This document shows, piece by piece, positions 12,973 through 25,162 of a stretch of DNA of 64,000 nt. Position numbers and translations under genes: made by a program. Each line of letters opens with the position of its first letter. Position 1 is the first letter of the stretch. Location of the stretch: assembly GCF_003334355.1 (NCBI RefSeq), contig NZ_QOWP01000009.1; one strand, written 5' to 3'. This stretch comes from Escherichia coli. GTDB lineage: Bacteria; Pseudomonadota; Gammaproteobacteria; Enterobacterales; Enterobacteriaceae. The notes beneath the pieces are model-generated. The model was not told the origin of the DNA, made no database searches, and was given only the letters and a program-made list of their open reading frames with translations.

Positions 12973-13599
12973 TCAGAGATACAGCGAGCGGACGATGAGG
13001 AAGTGACCGGCAAAGTAGCAGGCCGCAGCAATCGCGTTATCCGCACGGAAGCGTCGGCGATAGTGGCTACCCAGCCAGACAAAGTTACTGATAAACAGCA
13101 ACGAAGCGCCGACAAACGCAGAGAGCGCCGGAGCGGTCGGACGGAAGAACCACAGTTCACCTACCAGCCACACCATCACCAGCGTCATGCCGATAAACGT
13201 GCAGATAGGCCAACGATACTCTTCCAGCCGCGTCCAGATAATCGCCAGTAACAGCGCGCCCAGAACCAGCAGTACCAACGGCAGAGGCCAGAAGAAAGAG
13301 AGCGTCATCTGACTGGCGAAATAGATGGTGTACAGCAGGTGCGAGAGGAAAAACGCGCCGATGGCGTACATCAGACGTTGACGTGGCAACAGGGTTAGCG
13401 CATCGCCCAGCAGTGAGGCGCACAGCCCCGCCAGCACCAGATAGCTAATGGCGTCAAACATCGGCGCTTGCCAGGCCAGTAACAACAGGAGAAGAAGGGT
13501 TAACGGTTTAAACACCCAGCGTTGCCAGGTTGGCCCACGATACGATGCATCCACAGATAGCCATGCGGAAAGACAGACAGCGATAAACGACCAAAGCAT
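12973..13599 (-). CDS. yhhN: YhhN-family membrane protein (lysoplasmalogenase-like)
   Basis: 208 aa polytopic membrane ORF; position upstream of zntA. Confidence 0.85.
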   Translation of the reverse strand: MLWSFIAVCLSAWLSVDASYRGPTWQRWVFKPLTLLLLLLLAWQAPMFDAISYLVLAGLCASLLGDALTLLPRQRLMYAIGAFFLSHLLYTIYFASQMTLSFFWPLPLVLLVLGALLLAIIWTRLEEYRWPICTFIGMTLVMVWLVGELWFFRPTAPALSAFVGASLLFISNFVWLGSHYRRRFRADNAIAAACYFAGHFLIVRSLYL

Positions 13600-13739
13600 C
13601 TTAGTTCCTTGAATTCGTTATTTTTTCGTAAGCGGAATGCCTACGGTCTTGCTTCCAGTTTAGTGGCGAGGGTGGACGGATGACAACACCATAACTGGCA
13701 GGGTATGCTTATTTCCGCATTTTCCGATGAGGGATAAAG

Positions 13740-14099
13740 ATGAGCAAACCACCTCTTTTCTTTATTGTTATCATTGGCTTAATTGTCGTCGCCGCATCGT
13801 TTCGTTTTATGCAACAGCGACGGGAAAAAGCTGATAATGATATGGCTCCGCTCCAGCAAAAGCTGGTGGTGGTGAGCAACAAGCGGGAAAAACCGATTAA
13901 CGATCGCCGTTCGCGCCAGCAGGAAGTGACTCCGGCAGGCACCAGTATGCGCTATGAGGCAAGCTTCAAACCGCAAAGCGGAGGAATGGAGCAAACGTTT
14001 CGCCTCGACGCCCAGCAGTACCACGCCCTGACAGTGGGCGATAAAGGTACGCTGAGCTATAAAGGAACGCGCTTTGTTAGCTTTGTTGGCGAACAATAA
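13740..14099 (+). CDS. yhhM: DUF2500 protein YhhM
   Basis: 119 aa ORF with N-terminal TM/signal anchor; synteny. Confidence 0.8.
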   Translation: MSKPPLFFIVIIGLIVVAASFRFMQQRREKADNDMAPLQQKLVVVSNKREKPINDRRSRQQEVTPAGTSMRYEASFKPQSGGMEQTFRLDAQQYHALTVGDKGTLSYKGTRFVSFVGEQ

Positions 14100-14101
14100 G
14101 G

Positions 14102-14371
14102 TTATTTTTTAACTTTAAATTTCTTCTGCCAGACCAGCAGTTCAAACACGCCGAAAAGGAAAATCCGCACCTTTTCGGCGGTGGTCATCTGCGGGCCATC
14201 TTTCGGTAAAGTGGATTTCAATAGCGCCAGCTGCATACCATGCATCAGCACGGTAAAAATCAGCGCCACGTTAACGAAAATATTCAGCGGGCGCGGGAAG
14301 GGATGCACCAGGTTGAGGATTAAAAATCCCCAAACGCAGAGCATTAACAAACGTCCAATATTAATCAGCAT
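14102..14371 (-). CDS. yhhL: DUF1145 small membrane protein YhhL
   Basis: ORF track 14102..14494; start placed at internal Met (MLINIGRLLML..., codon complement 14369..14371) giving 89 aa; overlaps rsmD 3' end by 11 bp. Confidence 0.7.
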   Translation of the reverse strand: MLINIGRLLMLCVWGFLILNLVHPFPRPLNIFVNVALIFTVLMHGMQLALLKSTLPKDGPQMTTAEKVRIFLFGVFELLVWQKKFKVKK

Positions 14372-14957
14372 CACTTTCTCCTTGTGCTTCGCGTTGATAC
14401 AGCCGATAAGCCACCTGACCCGCCACTTTTTCCCGATGCAATGACCAGTTTGCCGGAACAGTGGGCAGACCGTTTTCGACTTCGCTTTCGACATAAATCA
14501 GGGCTTCGTCAGCCAGCCAGCCGTTATCTTCCAGTAAATTTATCGTCTCTTCTAACAAGCCACGGCGGAACGGTGGATCGACAAACACTATATTATGCGG
14601 TGTGCCTTTTTGCGCCAGGAATGACATCGCGTTGCTGTTCACTACGCGTGCATTGCCTGCTTTTAGTGTCGCCAGATTCTTAATTAACTGCTGAGAAACT
14701 GCACGATCCATCTCAATCAACGTGGCCTCCGCAGCGTAGCGTGATAACGCTTCCAGCCCCAGCGCGCCGCTTCCGGCGAAGCAATCCAGACATTGGGCGT
14801 CAACAATGACCGGAGCCAGCCAGTTAAATAACGTTTCGCGTACGCGGTCGGTGGTGGGGCGCAGACCTGGGCTATCAGGAACCGGTAGTTTACGGCCTCG
14901 CCACTGCCCGCCAATAATGCGGATTTGGCCGCTGCCGGAATGATTCGGTTTTTTCAT
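14361..14957 (-). CDS. rsmD: 16S rRNA m2G966 methyltransferase RsmD
   Basis: 198 aa ORF with SAM-methyltransferase motifs (LDCFAGSGALGLEALSR; DPPF). Confidence 0.9.
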   Translation of the reverse strand: MKKPNHSGSGQIRIIGGQWRGRKLPVPDSPGLRPTTDRVRETLFNWLAPVIVDAQCLDCFAGSGALGLEALSRYAAEATLIEMDRAVSQQLIKNLATLKAGNARVVNSNAMSFLAQKGTPHNIVFVDPPFRRGLLEETINLLEDNGWLADEALIYVESEVENGLPTVPANWSLHREKVAGQVAYRLYQREAQGESDAD

Positions 14958-15106
14958 GATAAATTGCTCAATCCGCCAGATAACACATACTTGCAGGCGG
15001 TGATGTGAATTAAGTTAAGTGATAGACTATTTCATCATTTTTTTAGCTGCTATGTACATAGCGTTAACGCTGTGCCATGAAGCAACAGCGAGGAGTGTAG
15101 TCGCAA

Positions 15107-16603
15107 ATGGCGAAAGAAAAAAAACGTGGCTTTTTTTCCTGGCTGGGCTTTGGTCAAAAAGAGCAGACCCCGGAAAAAGAGACAGAAGTTCAGAATGAAC
15201 AATCGGTTGTAGAAGAAATCGTTCAGGTGCAAGAGCCTGCGAAGGCTTCTGAACAAGCCGTTGAAGAGCAGCCGCAGGCGCATACTGAAGCCGAGGCGGA
15301 AACTTTTGCTGCCGACGTTGTGGAAGTCACTGAACAGGTTGCTGAAAGTGAAAAAGCGCAGCCTGAAGCGGGAGTCGTTGCACAGCCGGAACCGGTCGTA
15401 GAAGAAACGCCGGAGCCAGTGGCTATCGAACGTGAAGAGCTGCCGTTGCCGGAAGACGTCAACGCCGAAGAGGTTTCGCCAGAAGAGTGGCAGGCTGAAG
15501 CGGAAACCGTAGAGATTGTCGAAGCGGCGGAAGAAGAAGCGGCTAAAGAAGAAATCACCGACGAAGAGCTGGAAGCACAGGCGCTGGCTGCCGAAGCGGC
15601 AGAAGAGGCGGTGATGGTGGTTCCTCCGGCAGAAGAAGAGCAGCCGGTGGAAGAAATCGCTCAGGAGCAGGAAAAACCGACCAAAGAAGGTTTCTTCGCG
15701 CGCCTGAAACGCAGCCTGTTAAAAACCAAAGAAAATCTCGGTTCCGGATTTATCAGCCTGTTCCGCGGTAAAAAAATCGACGATGATCTGTTTGAAGAGC
15801 TGGAAGAACAGCTTTTGATCGCCGATGTGGGCGTGGAAACCACACGTAAAATTATCACCAATCTGACGGAAGGCGCATCCCGCAAGCAGCTTCGTGATGC
15901 CGAGGCGCTCTATGGCCTGCTGAAAGAAGAGATGGGCGAGATTCTGGCGAAAGTCGATGAGCCGCTGAATGTTGAAGGTAAAACGCCGTTCGTGATCCTG
16001 ATGGTGGGCGTCAACGGTGTGGGTAAAACCACGACGATTGGTAAGCTGGCACGTCAGTTTGAGCAGCAGGGTAAATCGGTGATGCTGGCGGCGGGCGATA
16101 CTTTCCGTGCAGCAGCGGTTGAACAGCTTCAGGTCTGGGGTCAGCGCAACAATATTCCGGTGATTGCCCAGCATACCGGTGCGGATTCCGCCTCTGTTAT
16201 CTTCGACGCCATTCAGGCAGCTAAAGCGCGTAATATCGACGTCCTGATTGCCGATACCGCCGGACGCCTGCAGAACAAATCGCACCTGATGGAAGAGTTG
16301 AAGAAAATCGTCCGCGTGATGAAGAAACTCGACGTTGAAGCGCCGCATGAAGTTATGCTGACTATCGATGCCAGCACCGGGCAGAACGCGGTAAGCCAGG
16401 CCAAACTGTTCCATGAAGCCGTTGGTTTAACCGGCATCACGCTAACGAAACTGGACGGCACGGCGAAAGGCGGGGTAATTTTCTCGGTGGCTGACCAGTT
16501 TGGTATCCCTATCCGCTACATTGGTGTCGGCGAACGTATTGAGGATTTGCGTCCGTTTAAGGCGGACGACTTTATAGAGGCACTTTTTGCCCGAGAGGAT
16601 TAA
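15107..16603 (+). CDS. ftsY: Signal recognition particle receptor FtsY
   Basis: 498 aa ORF; acidic Glu-rich N-terminal domain followed by SRP GTPase domain (GVNGVGKTTT, DTAGR); first gene of ftsYEX. Confidence 0.95.
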   Translation: MAKEKKRGFFSWLGFGQKEQTPEKETEVQNEQSVVEEIVQVQEPAKASEQAVEEQPQAHTEAEAETFAADVVEVTEQVAESEKAQPEAGVVAQPEPVVEETPEPVAIEREELPLPEDVNAEEVSPEEWQAEAETVEIVEAAEEEAAKEEITDEELEAQALAAEAAEEAVMVVPPAEEEQPVEEIAQEQEKPTKEGFFARLKRSLLKTKENLGSGFISLFRGKKIDDDLFEELEEQLLIADVGVETTRKIITNLTEGASRKQLRDAEALYGLLKEEMGEILAKVDEPLNVEGKTPFVILMVGVNGVGKTTTIGKLARQFEQQGKSVMLAAGDTFRAAAVEQLQVWGQRNNIPVIAQHTGADSASVIFDAIQAAKARNIDVLIADTAGRLQNKSHLMEELKKIVRVMKKLDVEAPHEVMLTIDASTGQNAVSQAKLFHEAVGLTGITLTKLDGTAKGGVIFSVADQFGIPIRYIGVGERIEDLRPFKADDFIEALFARED

Positions 16604-16605
16604 CA

Positions 16606-17274
16606 ATGATTCGCTTTGAACATGTCAGCAAGGCTTATCTCGGTGGGAGACAGGCGCTGCAGGGCGTTACGTTCCATATGCAGCCGGGTGAGATGGCGTT
16701 TCTGACCGGTCATTCCGGCGCAGGGAAAAGTACCCTCCTGAAGCTGATCTGTGGGATTGAGCGGCCCAGCGCCGGGAAAATCTGGTTTAGCGGCCATGAC
16801 ATCACGCGTCTGAAAAACCGTGAAGTTCCGTTTCTGCGCCGCCAGATTGGCATGATTTTCCAGGATCACCATCTACTGATGGACCGTACTGTCTACGATA
16901 ACGTGGCGATCCCGCTGATTATCGCTGGTGCCAGCGGTGACGATATTCGTCGCCGGGTGTCGGCGGCACTGGATAAAGTCGGGCTACTGGACAAAGCGAA
17001 GAACTTCCCTATTCAGCTTTCGGGCGGTGAACAACAGCGTGTTGGCATTGCCCGCGCGGTGGTGAATAAGCCCGCGGTACTGCTGGCGGACGAACCGACT
17101 GGTAACCTGGACGACGCGTTGTCGGAAGGGATTCTACGTCTGTTTGAAGAGTTTAACCGCGTTGGGGTAACCGTATTGATGGCAACGCACGACCTCAACC
17201 TGATTTCACGGCGTTCCTATCGCATGCTCACCCTGAGCGATGGTCACTTGCATGGAGGCGTGGGCCATGAATAA
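16606..17274 (+). CDS. ftsE: Cell division ABC transporter ATP-binding protein FtsE
   Basis: 222 aa ORF; Walker [10 protein letters not shown] and LSGGEQQR signature. Confidence 0.95.
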
Positions 17275-18325
17275 GCGCGATGCAATCAATCATATTCGGC
17301 AGTTTGGCGGGCGTCTGGATCGCTTCCGTAAATCGGTCGGCGGCTCAGGCGATGGCGGTCGTAACGCACCGAAACGCGCGAAATCCTCGCCAAAACCGGT
17401 AAATCGCAAAACCAACGTTTTCAACGAACAGGTGCGCTATGCCTTCCACGGCGCATTGCAGGATCTGAAAAGCAAACCGTTCGCCACATTTTTAACGGTG
17501 ATGGTTATCGCCATCTCCCTGACGCTGCCCAGCGTCTGTTATATGGTGTACAAAAACGTTAACCAGGCGGCGACGCAGTATTATCCGTCACCGCAAATCA
17601 CTGTTTATCTGCAAAAAACGCTGGACGATGACGCTGCTGCGGGCGTGGTGGCACAGTTGCAGGCCGAGCAAGGCGTGGAGAAAGTGAATTATCTTTCTCG
17701 TGAAGACGCGCTGGGCGAGTTCCGTAACTGGTCTGGCTTTGGCGGCGCGCTGGATATGCTAGAAGAAAACCCGCTTCCGGCAGTGGCGGTGGTGATCCCG
17801 AAACTCGATTTTCAGGGGACGGAATCACTCAATACGCTGCGTGATCGTATCACGCAGATTAACGGCATTGACGAAGTGCGGATGGATGACAGCTGGTTTG
17901 CCCGTCTGGCGGCGTTGACTGGGCTGGTCGGGCGCGTTTCGGCGATGATCGGCGTATTGATGGTGGCGGCCGTGTTCCTCGTCATCGGCAACAGCGTACG
18001 TCTGAGCATCTTTGCTCGCCGTGACTCCATTAACGTGCAGAAACTGATTGGTGCGACGGATGGTTTCATCCTGCGCCCGTTCCTGTACGGTGGCGCACTG
18101 CTGGGATTTTCTGGCGCATTGTTGTCACTAATTTTGTCAGAAATTCTGGTACTGCGATTGTCATCGGCGGTTGCGGAAGTGGCACAGGTTTTCGGAACGA
18201 AGTTTGATATCAATGGTTTATCGTTCGATGAATGCCTGCTGTTGCTGCTGGTATGCTCGATGATTGGCTGGGTGGCAGCGTGGCTTGCCACGGTACAACA
18301 TTTACGCCACTTTACGCCTGAATAA
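17267..18325 (+). CDS. ftsX: Cell division ABC transporter permease-like protein FtsX
   Basis: ORF track 17240..18325; start at ATG 17267 ([12 protein letters not shown]...) gives 352 aa, overlapping the ftsE stop by 8 bp. Confidence 0.9.
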
Positions 18326-18449
18326 TAAAAGCGTGTTATACTCTTTCCCTGCAATGGGTTCCGTAGCAGGGAAAGAGACCCCGTTGTCTCTTCCCGGTAT
18401 TTCATCTCTATGTCACATTTTGTGCGTAATTTATTCACAAGCTTGCATT

Positions 18450-18476
18450 GAACTTGTGGATAAAATCACGGTCTGA
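18450..18476 (+). promoter_or_regulatory. SigmaE-type promoter upstream of rpoH (P3-like)
   Basis: GAACTT (18450..18455), 16-nt spacer, TCTGA (18472..18476), matching the sigmaE consensus; about 95 bp upstream of the rpoH start. Confidence 0.65.
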
Positions 18477-18569
18477 TAAAACAGTGAATGATAACCTCGT
18501 TGCTCTTAAGCTCTGGCACAGTTGTTGCTACCACTGAAGCGCCAGAAGATATCGATTGAGAGGATTTGA

Positions 18570-19424
18570 ATGACTGACAAAATGCAAAGTTTAGCTTTAG
18601 CCCCAGTTGGCAACCTGGATTCCTACATCCGGGCAGCTAACGCGTGGCCGATGTTGTCGGCTGACGAGGAGCGGGCGCTGGCTGAAAAGCTGCATTACCA
18701 TGGCGATCTGGAAGCAGCTAAAACGCTGATCCTGTCTCACCTGCGGTTTGTTGTTCATATTGCTCGTAATTATGCGGGCTATGGCCTGCCACAGGCGGAT
18801 TTGATTCAGGAAGGTAACATCGGCCTGATGAAAGCAGTGCGCCGTTTTAACCCGGAAGTGGGTGTGCGCCTGGTCTCCTTCGCCGTTCACTGGATCAAAG
18901 CAGAGATCCACGAATACGTCCTGCGTAACTGGCGTATCGTCAAAGTTGCGACCACCAAAGCGCAGCGCAAACTGTTCTTCAACCTGCGTAAAACCAAGCA
19001 GCGTCTGGGCTGGTTTAACCAGGATGAAGTCGAAATGGTGGCCCGTGAACTGGGCGTAACCAGCAAAGACGTTCGTGAGATGGAATCACGTATGGCGGCA
19101 CAGGACATGACCTTTGACCTGTCTTCCGACGACGATTCCGACAGCCAGCCGATGGCACCGGTGCTCTATCTGCAGGATAAATCATCTAACTTTGCCGACG
19201 GCATCGAAGATGATAACTGGGAAGAGCAGGCGGCAAACCGTCTGACCGACGCGATGCAGGGTCTGGACGAACGCAGCCAGGACATCATCCGTGCGCGCTG
19301 GCTGGACGAAGACAACAAGTCCACGTTGCAGGAACTGGCTGACCGTTACGGTGTTTCCGCTGAACGTGTGCGCCAACTGGAAAAGAACGCGATGAAAAAA
19401 TTGCGTGCTGCTATAGAAGCGTAA
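18570..19424 (+). CDS. rpoH: RNA polymerase heat-shock sigma factor sigma-32
   Basis: 284 aa ORF with sigma-70 family regions ([37 protein letters not shown]); follows ftsX. Confidence 0.96.
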   Translation: MTDKMQSLALAPVGNLDSYIRAANAWPMLSADEERALAEKLHYHGDLEAAKTLILSHLRFVVHIARNYAGYGLPQADLIQEGNIGLMKAVRRFNPEVGVRLVSFAVHWIKAEIHEYVLRNWRIVKVATTKAQRKLFFNLRKTKQRLGWFNQDEVEMVARELGVTSKDVREMESRMAAQDMTFDLSSDDDSDSQPMAPVLYLQDKSSNFADGIEDDNWEEQAANRLTDAMQGLDERSQDIIRARWLDEDNKSTLQELADRYGVSAERVRQLEKNAMKKLRAAIEA

Positions 19425-19444
19425 TTTCCGCTATTAAGCAGAGA

Positions 19445-19477
19445 ACCCTGGATGAGAGTCCGGGGTTTTTGTTTTTT
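19445..19477 (+). terminator. Rho-independent terminator of rpoH
   Basis: Imperfect hairpin ACCCTGGA..TCCGGGGT followed by TTTTTGTTTTTT, 20 bp after the rpoH stop. Confidence 0.65.
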
Positions 19478-19694
19478 GGGCCTCTACAATAATCAATTCC
19501 CCCTCCGGCAAAACGTCAATCCCCACGCAGATTGTTAATAAACTGTCAAAATAGCTATTCCAATATCATAAAAATGGGGTATGTTTTAGCAGAGTATGCT
19601 GCTAAAGCACGGGTAGTCATGCATAAAACGAAATAAAGTGCTGAATCACAACACCACAACACACGTAATAACCAGAAGAATGGGGATTCTCAGG

Positions 19695-20798
19695 ATGAAT
19701 ATAAAGGGTAAAGCGTTACTGGCAGGATGTATCGCGCTGGCATTCAGCAATATGGCTCTGGCAGAAGATATTAAAGTCGCGGTCGTGGGCGCAATGTCCG
19801 GTCCGGTTGCGCAGTACGGTGACCAGGAGTTTACCGGCGCAGAGCAGGCGGTTGCGGATATCAACGCTAAAGGCGGCATTAAAGGCAACAAACTGCAAAT
19901 CGTAAAATATGACGATGCCTGTGACCCGAAACAGGCGGTTGCGGTGGCGAACAAAGTCGTTAACGACGGCATTAAATATGTGATTGGTCACCTCTGTTCT
20001 TCATCAACGCAGCCTGCGTCTGATATCTACGAAGACGAAGGCATTTTAATGATCACCCCAGCGGCAACCGCGCCGGAGCTGACCGCCCGTGGCTATCAGC
20101 TGATCCTGCGCACCACCGGCCTGGACTCCGACCAGGGGCCGACGGCGGCGAAATATATTCTTGAGAAAGTGAAACCGCAGCGTATTGCTATCGTTCACGA
20201 CAAACAGCAATACGGCGAAGGTCTGGCACGAGCGGTGCAGGACGGCCTGAAGAAAGGCAATGCTAACGTGGTGTTCTTTGATGGTATCACCGCCGGGGAA
20301 AAAGATTTCTCAACGCTGGTGGCGCGTCTGAAAAAAGAGAATATCGACTTCGTTTACTACGGCGGTTATCACCCGGAAATGGGGCAAATCCTGCGTCAGG
20401 CACGCGCGGCAGGGTTGAAAACTCAGTTTATGGGGCCGGAAGGCGTGGCTAACGTCTCGCTGTCTAACATTGCGGGCGAATCAGCGGAAGGGCTGCTGGT
20501 GACCAAGCCGAAGAACTACGATCAGGTTCCGGCGAACAAACCCATTGTTGACGCCATCAAAGCGAAAAAACAGGACCCAAGTGGCGCGTTCGTCTGGACC
20601 ACCTACGCCGCGCTGCAATCTTTGCAGGCGGGCCTGAATCAGTCTGACGATCCGGCTGAGATCGCCAAATACCTGAAAGCGAACTCGGTTGATACCGTGA
20701 TGGGTCCGCTGACGTGGGATGAGAAAGGTGATCTGAAAGGCTTTGAGTTCGGTGTGTTTGACTGGCACGCCAACGGCACAGCGACCGATGCGAAGTAA
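19695..20798 (+). CDS. livJ: Leu/Ile/Val-binding periplasmic protein LivJ
   Basis: ORF track 19638..20798; start at ATG 19695 ([23 protein letters not shown] signal peptide) gives 367 aa; paralog of livK. Confidence 0.93.
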   Translation: MNIKGKALLAGCIALAFSNMALAEDIKVAVVGAMSGPVAQYGDQEFTGAEQAVADINAKGGIKGNKLQIVKYDDACDPKQAVAVANKVVNDGIKYVIGHLCSSSTQPASDIYEDEGILMITPAATAPELTARGYQLILRTTGLDSDQGPTAAKYILEKVKPQRIAIVHDKQQYGEGLARAVQDGLKKGNANVVFFDGITAGEKDFSTLVARLKKENIDFVYYGGYHPEMGQILRQARAAGLKTQFMGPEGVANVSLSNIAGESAEGLLVTKPKNYDQVPANKPIVDAIKAKKQDPSGAFVWTTYAALQSLQAGLNQSDDPAEIAKYLKANSVDTVMGPLTWDEKGDLKGFEFGVFDWHANGTATDAK

Positions 20799-20857
20799 TT
20801 GTTAATCGGCAACTTTGGGTTGCCGCCAAATTGCTAATATCGAGTACGTTGCTTCAT

Positions 20858-20957
<100 letters not shown>

Positions 20958-20997
20958 ATTTCTCGTTGGTCATCACTTTTGAAATCAAACTTGACGA

Positions 20998-21381
20998 TTA
21001 ACGCTTTTCCCAGCCGCCCTGTTGTGCCGTAAATCCCAGTGCCTGCATAAACGCCGTCATCACACCGCGATCTTCCACGCCTGCATCCGCCATCCACCAG
21101 GATGAAACGCTGGGATTATCACGCAAAACCTCTTCCAGTAGATATTGCCCCACGCCGCGACGTCGGGTGACTTCCCGCACGCGCAGAGAATCCAGTGTTC
21201 CCCCAATGCCGCTCAAGGTTACGCGTACAGCCGCAAGCAGGCGCTCGTTAAAACGCGCGGCGTAGATGCGGTGGTTATCGTTAACCTGTAAAGAGGAAGG
21301 GGAATACTCCGGCCAGATCTTTTGCAGGTCAATCCGGTCCTGGTCGCTAAAGTTTTCTAATCGAATGATGGTCAGCTTCAT
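20998..21381 (-). CDS. panM: PanD maturation factor PanM (GNAT-like)
   Basis: 127 aa ORF between livJ and livK on the opposite strand. Confidence 0.85.
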   Translation of the reverse strand: MKLTIIRLENFSDQDRIDLQKIWPEYSPSSLQVNDNHRIYAARFNERLLAAVRVTLSGIGGTLDSLRVREVTRRRGVGQYLLEEVLRDNPSVSSWWMADAGVEDRGVMTAFMQALGFTAQQGGWEKR

Positions 21382-21804
21382 GGGTAACCCGTGTAAATCA
21401 CAAAAGTGGAACCAGTGTAGCGAAATAATTTAATCGGAGGCTTTCTCTTTTTTATTTCTTTTGGCAGGTGATTAATTTTTTAACAGCAATAATTACAAAG
21501 TTAAAACATTAGAGAATGAAAAATGTCCAGCATAATCCCCTGAATGGTAGTGAATTATTCCGCTCTTTGTGCCGTTATTTTATGCTGACAAAGGCACCTT
21601 TTTCTGTTTATCTATCAATAAATTCAGAATATTATCTGTTCTTAATCGACTGAAAAATAGGGATTTTAATCGCTATCATCACAAAATACTGCGCTAACCC
21701 CTTAATCAGACAGGTAAAAACAGTGCAGTATAAAAAAAGAACAGTCTGATTTGTTAACACATAAAAACAAAGCAACACAACATCACGAATGGGGATTTTT
21801 GACT

Positions 21805-22914
21805 ATGAAACGGAATGCAAAAACTATCATCGCAGGGATGATTGCACTGGCAATTTCACACACCGCTATGGCTGACGATATTAAAGTCGCCGTTGTCGGC
21901 GCGATGTCCGGCCCGATTGCCCAGTGGGGCGATATGGAATTTAACGGCGCGCGTCAGGCGATTAAAGACATTAATGCCAAAGGGGGGATTAAAGGCGATA
22001 AGCTGGTTGGCGTGGAATATGACGACGCCTGCGACCCGAAACAAGCCGTTGCGGTCGCCAACAAAATCGTTAATGACGGCATTAAATACGTTATTGGTCA
22101 TCTGTGTTCTTCTTCTACCCAACCTGCATCAGATATCTACGAAGACGAAGGTATTCTGATGATCTCGCCGGGAGCGACCAACCCGGAGCTGACCCAACGC
22201 GGTTATCAACACATTATGCGTACTGCCGGGCTGGACTCTTCCCAGGGGCCAACGGCGGCAAAATACATTCTTGAGACGGTGAAGCCCCAGCGCATCGCCA
22301 TCATTCACGACAAACAACAGTATGGCGAAGGGCTGGCGCGTTCGGTGCAGGACGGGCTGAAAGCGGCTAACGCCAACGTCGTCTTCTTCGACGGTATTAC
22401 CGCCGGGGAGAAAGATTTCTCCGCGCTGATCGCCCGCCTGAAAAAAGAAAACATCGACTTCGTTTACTACGGCGGTTACTACCCGGAAATGGGGCAGATG
22501 CTGCGCCAGGCCCGTTCCGTTGGCCTGAAAACTCAGTTTATGGGGCCGGAAGGTGTGGGTAACGCATCATTGTCGAATATTGCCGGTGATGCTGCCGAAG
22601 GCATGTTGGTCACTATGCCAAAACGCTATGACCAGGATCCGGCAAACCAGGGCATCGTTGATGCGCTGAAAGCAGACAAGAAAGATCCGTCCGGGCCTTA
22701 TGTCTGGATCACCTACGCGGCGGTGCAATCTCTGGCGACTGCCCTTGAGCGTACTGGCAGCGATGAGCCGCTGGCGCTGGTGAAAGATTTAAAAGCTAAC
22801 GGTGCAAACACCGTGATTGGGCCGCTGAACTGGGATGAAAAAGGCGATCTTAAGGGATTTGATTTTGGTGTCTTCCAGTGGCACGCCGACGGTTCATCCA
22901 CGGCAGCCAAGTGA
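21805..22914 (+). CDS. livK: Leucine-specific binding protein LivK
   Basis: ORF track 21751..22914; start at ATG 21805 ([23 protein letters not shown] signal peptide) gives 369 aa; highly similar to LivJ. Confidence 0.93.
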
Positions 22915-22961
22915 TCATCCCACCGCCCGTAAAATGCGGGCGGGTTTAGAAAGGTTACCTT

Positions 22962-23888
22962 ATGTCTGAGCAGTTTTTGTATTTCTTGCAGCAGATGTTT
23001 AACGGCGTCACGCTGGGCAGTACCTACGCGCTGATAGCCATCGGCTACACCATGGTTTACGGCATTATCGGCATGATCAACTTCGCCCACGGCGAGGTTT
23101 ATATGATTGGCAGCTACGTCTCATTTATGATCATCGCCGCGCTGATGATGATGGGCATTGATACCGGCTGGCTGCTGGTGGCGGCGGGATTCGTCGGCGC
23201 AATCGTCATTGCCAGCTCCTACGGCTGGAGTATCGAACGGGTGGCTTACCGCCCGGTGCGTAATTCTAAGCGCCTGATTGCGCTTATTTCCGCAATCGGT
23301 ATGTCCATCTTCCTGCAAAACTACGTCAGCCTGACCGAAGGTTCGCGCGATGTGGCGCTGCCCAGCCTGTTTAACGGTCAGTGGGTGGTGGGCCATAGCG
23401 AAAACTTCTCTGCCTCTATTACCACCATGCAGGCGGTGATCTGGATTGTCACCTTCCTCGCCATGCTGGCGCTGACGATTTTCATTCGCTATTCCCGTAT
23501 GGGGCGCGCCTGTCGTGCCTGCGCGGAAGATCTGAAAATGGCGAGCCTGCTTGGCATCAACACCGACCGGGTGATTGCTTTGACCTTTGTTATTGGCGCG
23601 GCGATGGCGGCAGTGGCTGGCGTACTGCTCGGTCAGTTCTATGGCGTCATTAACCCCTATATCGGCTTTATGGCCGGGATGAAAGCCTTTACCGCTGCGG
23701 TGCTCGGTGGGATTGGCAGCATTCCAGGGGCGATGATTGGCGGGCTGATCTTGGGGATTGCGGAGGCGCTCTCTTCTGCCTATCTGAGTACGGAATATAA
23801 GGATGTGGTTTCATTTGCCCTGCTGATTCTGGTGCTGCTGGTGATGCCGACCGGTATTCTGGGTCGCCCGGAGGTAGAGAAAGTATGA
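22962..23888 (+). CDS. livH: Branched-chain amino acid ABC permease LivH
   Basis: 308 aa hydrophobic ORF; operon context. Confidence 0.93.
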   Translation: MSEQFLYFLQQMFNGVTLGSTYALIAIGYTMVYGIIGMINFAHGEVYMIGSYVSFMIIAALMMMGIDTGWLLVAAGFVGAIVIASSYGWSIERVAYRPVRNSKRLIALISAIGMSIFLQNYVSLTEGSRDVALPSLFNGQWVVGHSENFSASITTMQAVIWIVTFLAMLALTIFIRYSRMGRACRACAEDLKMASLLGINTDRVIALTFVIGAAMAAVAGVLLGQFYGVINPYIGFMAGMKAFTAAVLGGIGSIPGAMIGGLILGIAEALSSAYLSTEYKDVVSFALLILVLLVMPTGILGRPEVEKV

Positions 23889-25162
23889 AACCGATGCATA
23901 TTGCAATGGCGTTGCTCTCTGCCGCGATGTTTTTTGTCCTGGCGGGCGTCTTTATGGGCGTACAACTGGAGCTGGATGGCACCAAACTGGTGGTCGACAC
24001 GGCTTCAGACATCCGTTGGCAGTGGGTGTTTATCGGCACGGCGGTGGTCTTTTTCTTTCAGCTTTTGCGACCTGCTTTCCAGAAAGGGCTGAAAAGCGTT
24101 TCCGGACCGAAGTTTATTCTGCCTGCAATTGATGGCTCCACGGTGAAGCAAAAGCTGTTCCTCGTGGCGCTGCTGGTGCTTGCGGTGGCGTGGCCGTTTA
24201 TGGTGTCGCGCGGGACGGTGGATATCGCCACCCTGACCATGATCTACATTATTCTCGGTCTCGGGCTGAACGTGGTTGTTGGTCTTTCTGGTCTGCTGGT
24301 GCTGGGGTACGGCGGCTTTTACGCCATCGGCGCTTACACCTTTGCGCTGCTCAATCACTATTACGGCTTGGGCTTCTGGACTTGTCTGCCGATTGCCGGG
24401 TTAATGGCAGCGGCGGCGGGCTTCCTGCTCGGCTTTCCGGTGCTGCGTCTGCGTGGTGATTATCTGGCGATCGTTACCCTTGGCTTCGGCGAAATTGTGC
24501 GCATATTGCTGCTCAATAACACCGAAATTACCGGCGGCCCGAACGGAATCAGTCAGATCCCGAAACCGACTTTCTTCGGCCTTGAGTTCAGCCGTACCGC
24601 TCGTGAAGGCGGCTGGGACACGTTCAGTAATTTCTTTGGCCTGAAATACGATCCCTCCGATCGCGTCATCTTCCTGTATCTGGTGGCGTTGCTGCTGGTG
24701 GTGCTAAGCCTGTTTGTCATTAACCGCCTGCTGCGGATGCCGCTGGGGCGTGCGTGGGAAGCATTGCGTGAAGATGAAATTGCCTGCCGTTCGCTGGGCT
24801 TAAGCCCGCGTCGTATCAAGCTGACCGCCTTTACCATCAGCGCCGCGTTTGCCGGTTTTGCCGGAACGCTGTTTGCGGCGCGTCAGGGCTTTGTCAGCCC
24901 GGAATCCTTCACCTTTGCCGAATCGGCGTTTGTGCTGGCGATAGTGGTGCTCGGCGGTATGGGCTCGCAATTTGCGGTGATTCTGGCGGCAATTTTGCTG
25001 GTGGTGTCGCGCGAATTGATGCGTGATTTCAACGAATACAGCATGTTAATGCTCGGTGGTTTGATGGTGCTGATGATGATCTGGCGTCCGCAGGGCTTGC
25101 TGCCCATGACGCGCCCGCAACTGAAGCTGAAAAACGGCGCAGCGAAAGGAGAGCAGGCATGA
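23885..25162 (+). CDS. livM: Branched-chain amino acid ABC permease LivM
   Basis: 425 aa hydrophobic ORF; 4-bp overlap with livH. Confidence 0.93.
   Translation: MKPMHIAMALLSAAMFFVLAGVFMGVQLELDGTKLVVDTASDIRWQWVFIGTAVVFFFQLLRPAFQKGLKSVSGPKFILPAIDGSTVKQKLFLVALLVLAVAWPFMVSRGTVDIATLTMIYIILGLGLNVVVGLSGLLVLGYGGFYAIGAYTFALLNHYYGLGFWTCLPIAGLMAAAAGFLLGFPVLRLRGDYLAIVTLGFGEIVRILLLNNTEITGGPNGISQIPKPTFFGLEFSRTAREGGWDTFSNFFGLKYDPSDRVIFLYLVALLLVVLSLFVINRLLRMPLGRAWEALREDEIACRSLGLSPRRIKLTAFTISAAFAGFAGTLFAARQGFVSPESFTFAESAFVLAIVVLGGMGSQFAVILAAILLVVSRELMRDFNEYSMLMLGGLMVLMMIWRPQGLLPMTRPQLKLKNGAAKGEQA

Noticed and set aside
15719-16414. 231-aa minus-strand ORF inside ftsY
   Set aside because: Antisense to the conserved FtsY GTPase domain; shadow ORF.
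21481-21660. About 47-codon ORF (MKNVQHNPLNGSELF...) in the livK leader
   Set aside because: AT-rich leader where random ORFs are frequent; no Shine-Dalgarno; not supportable without expression data.
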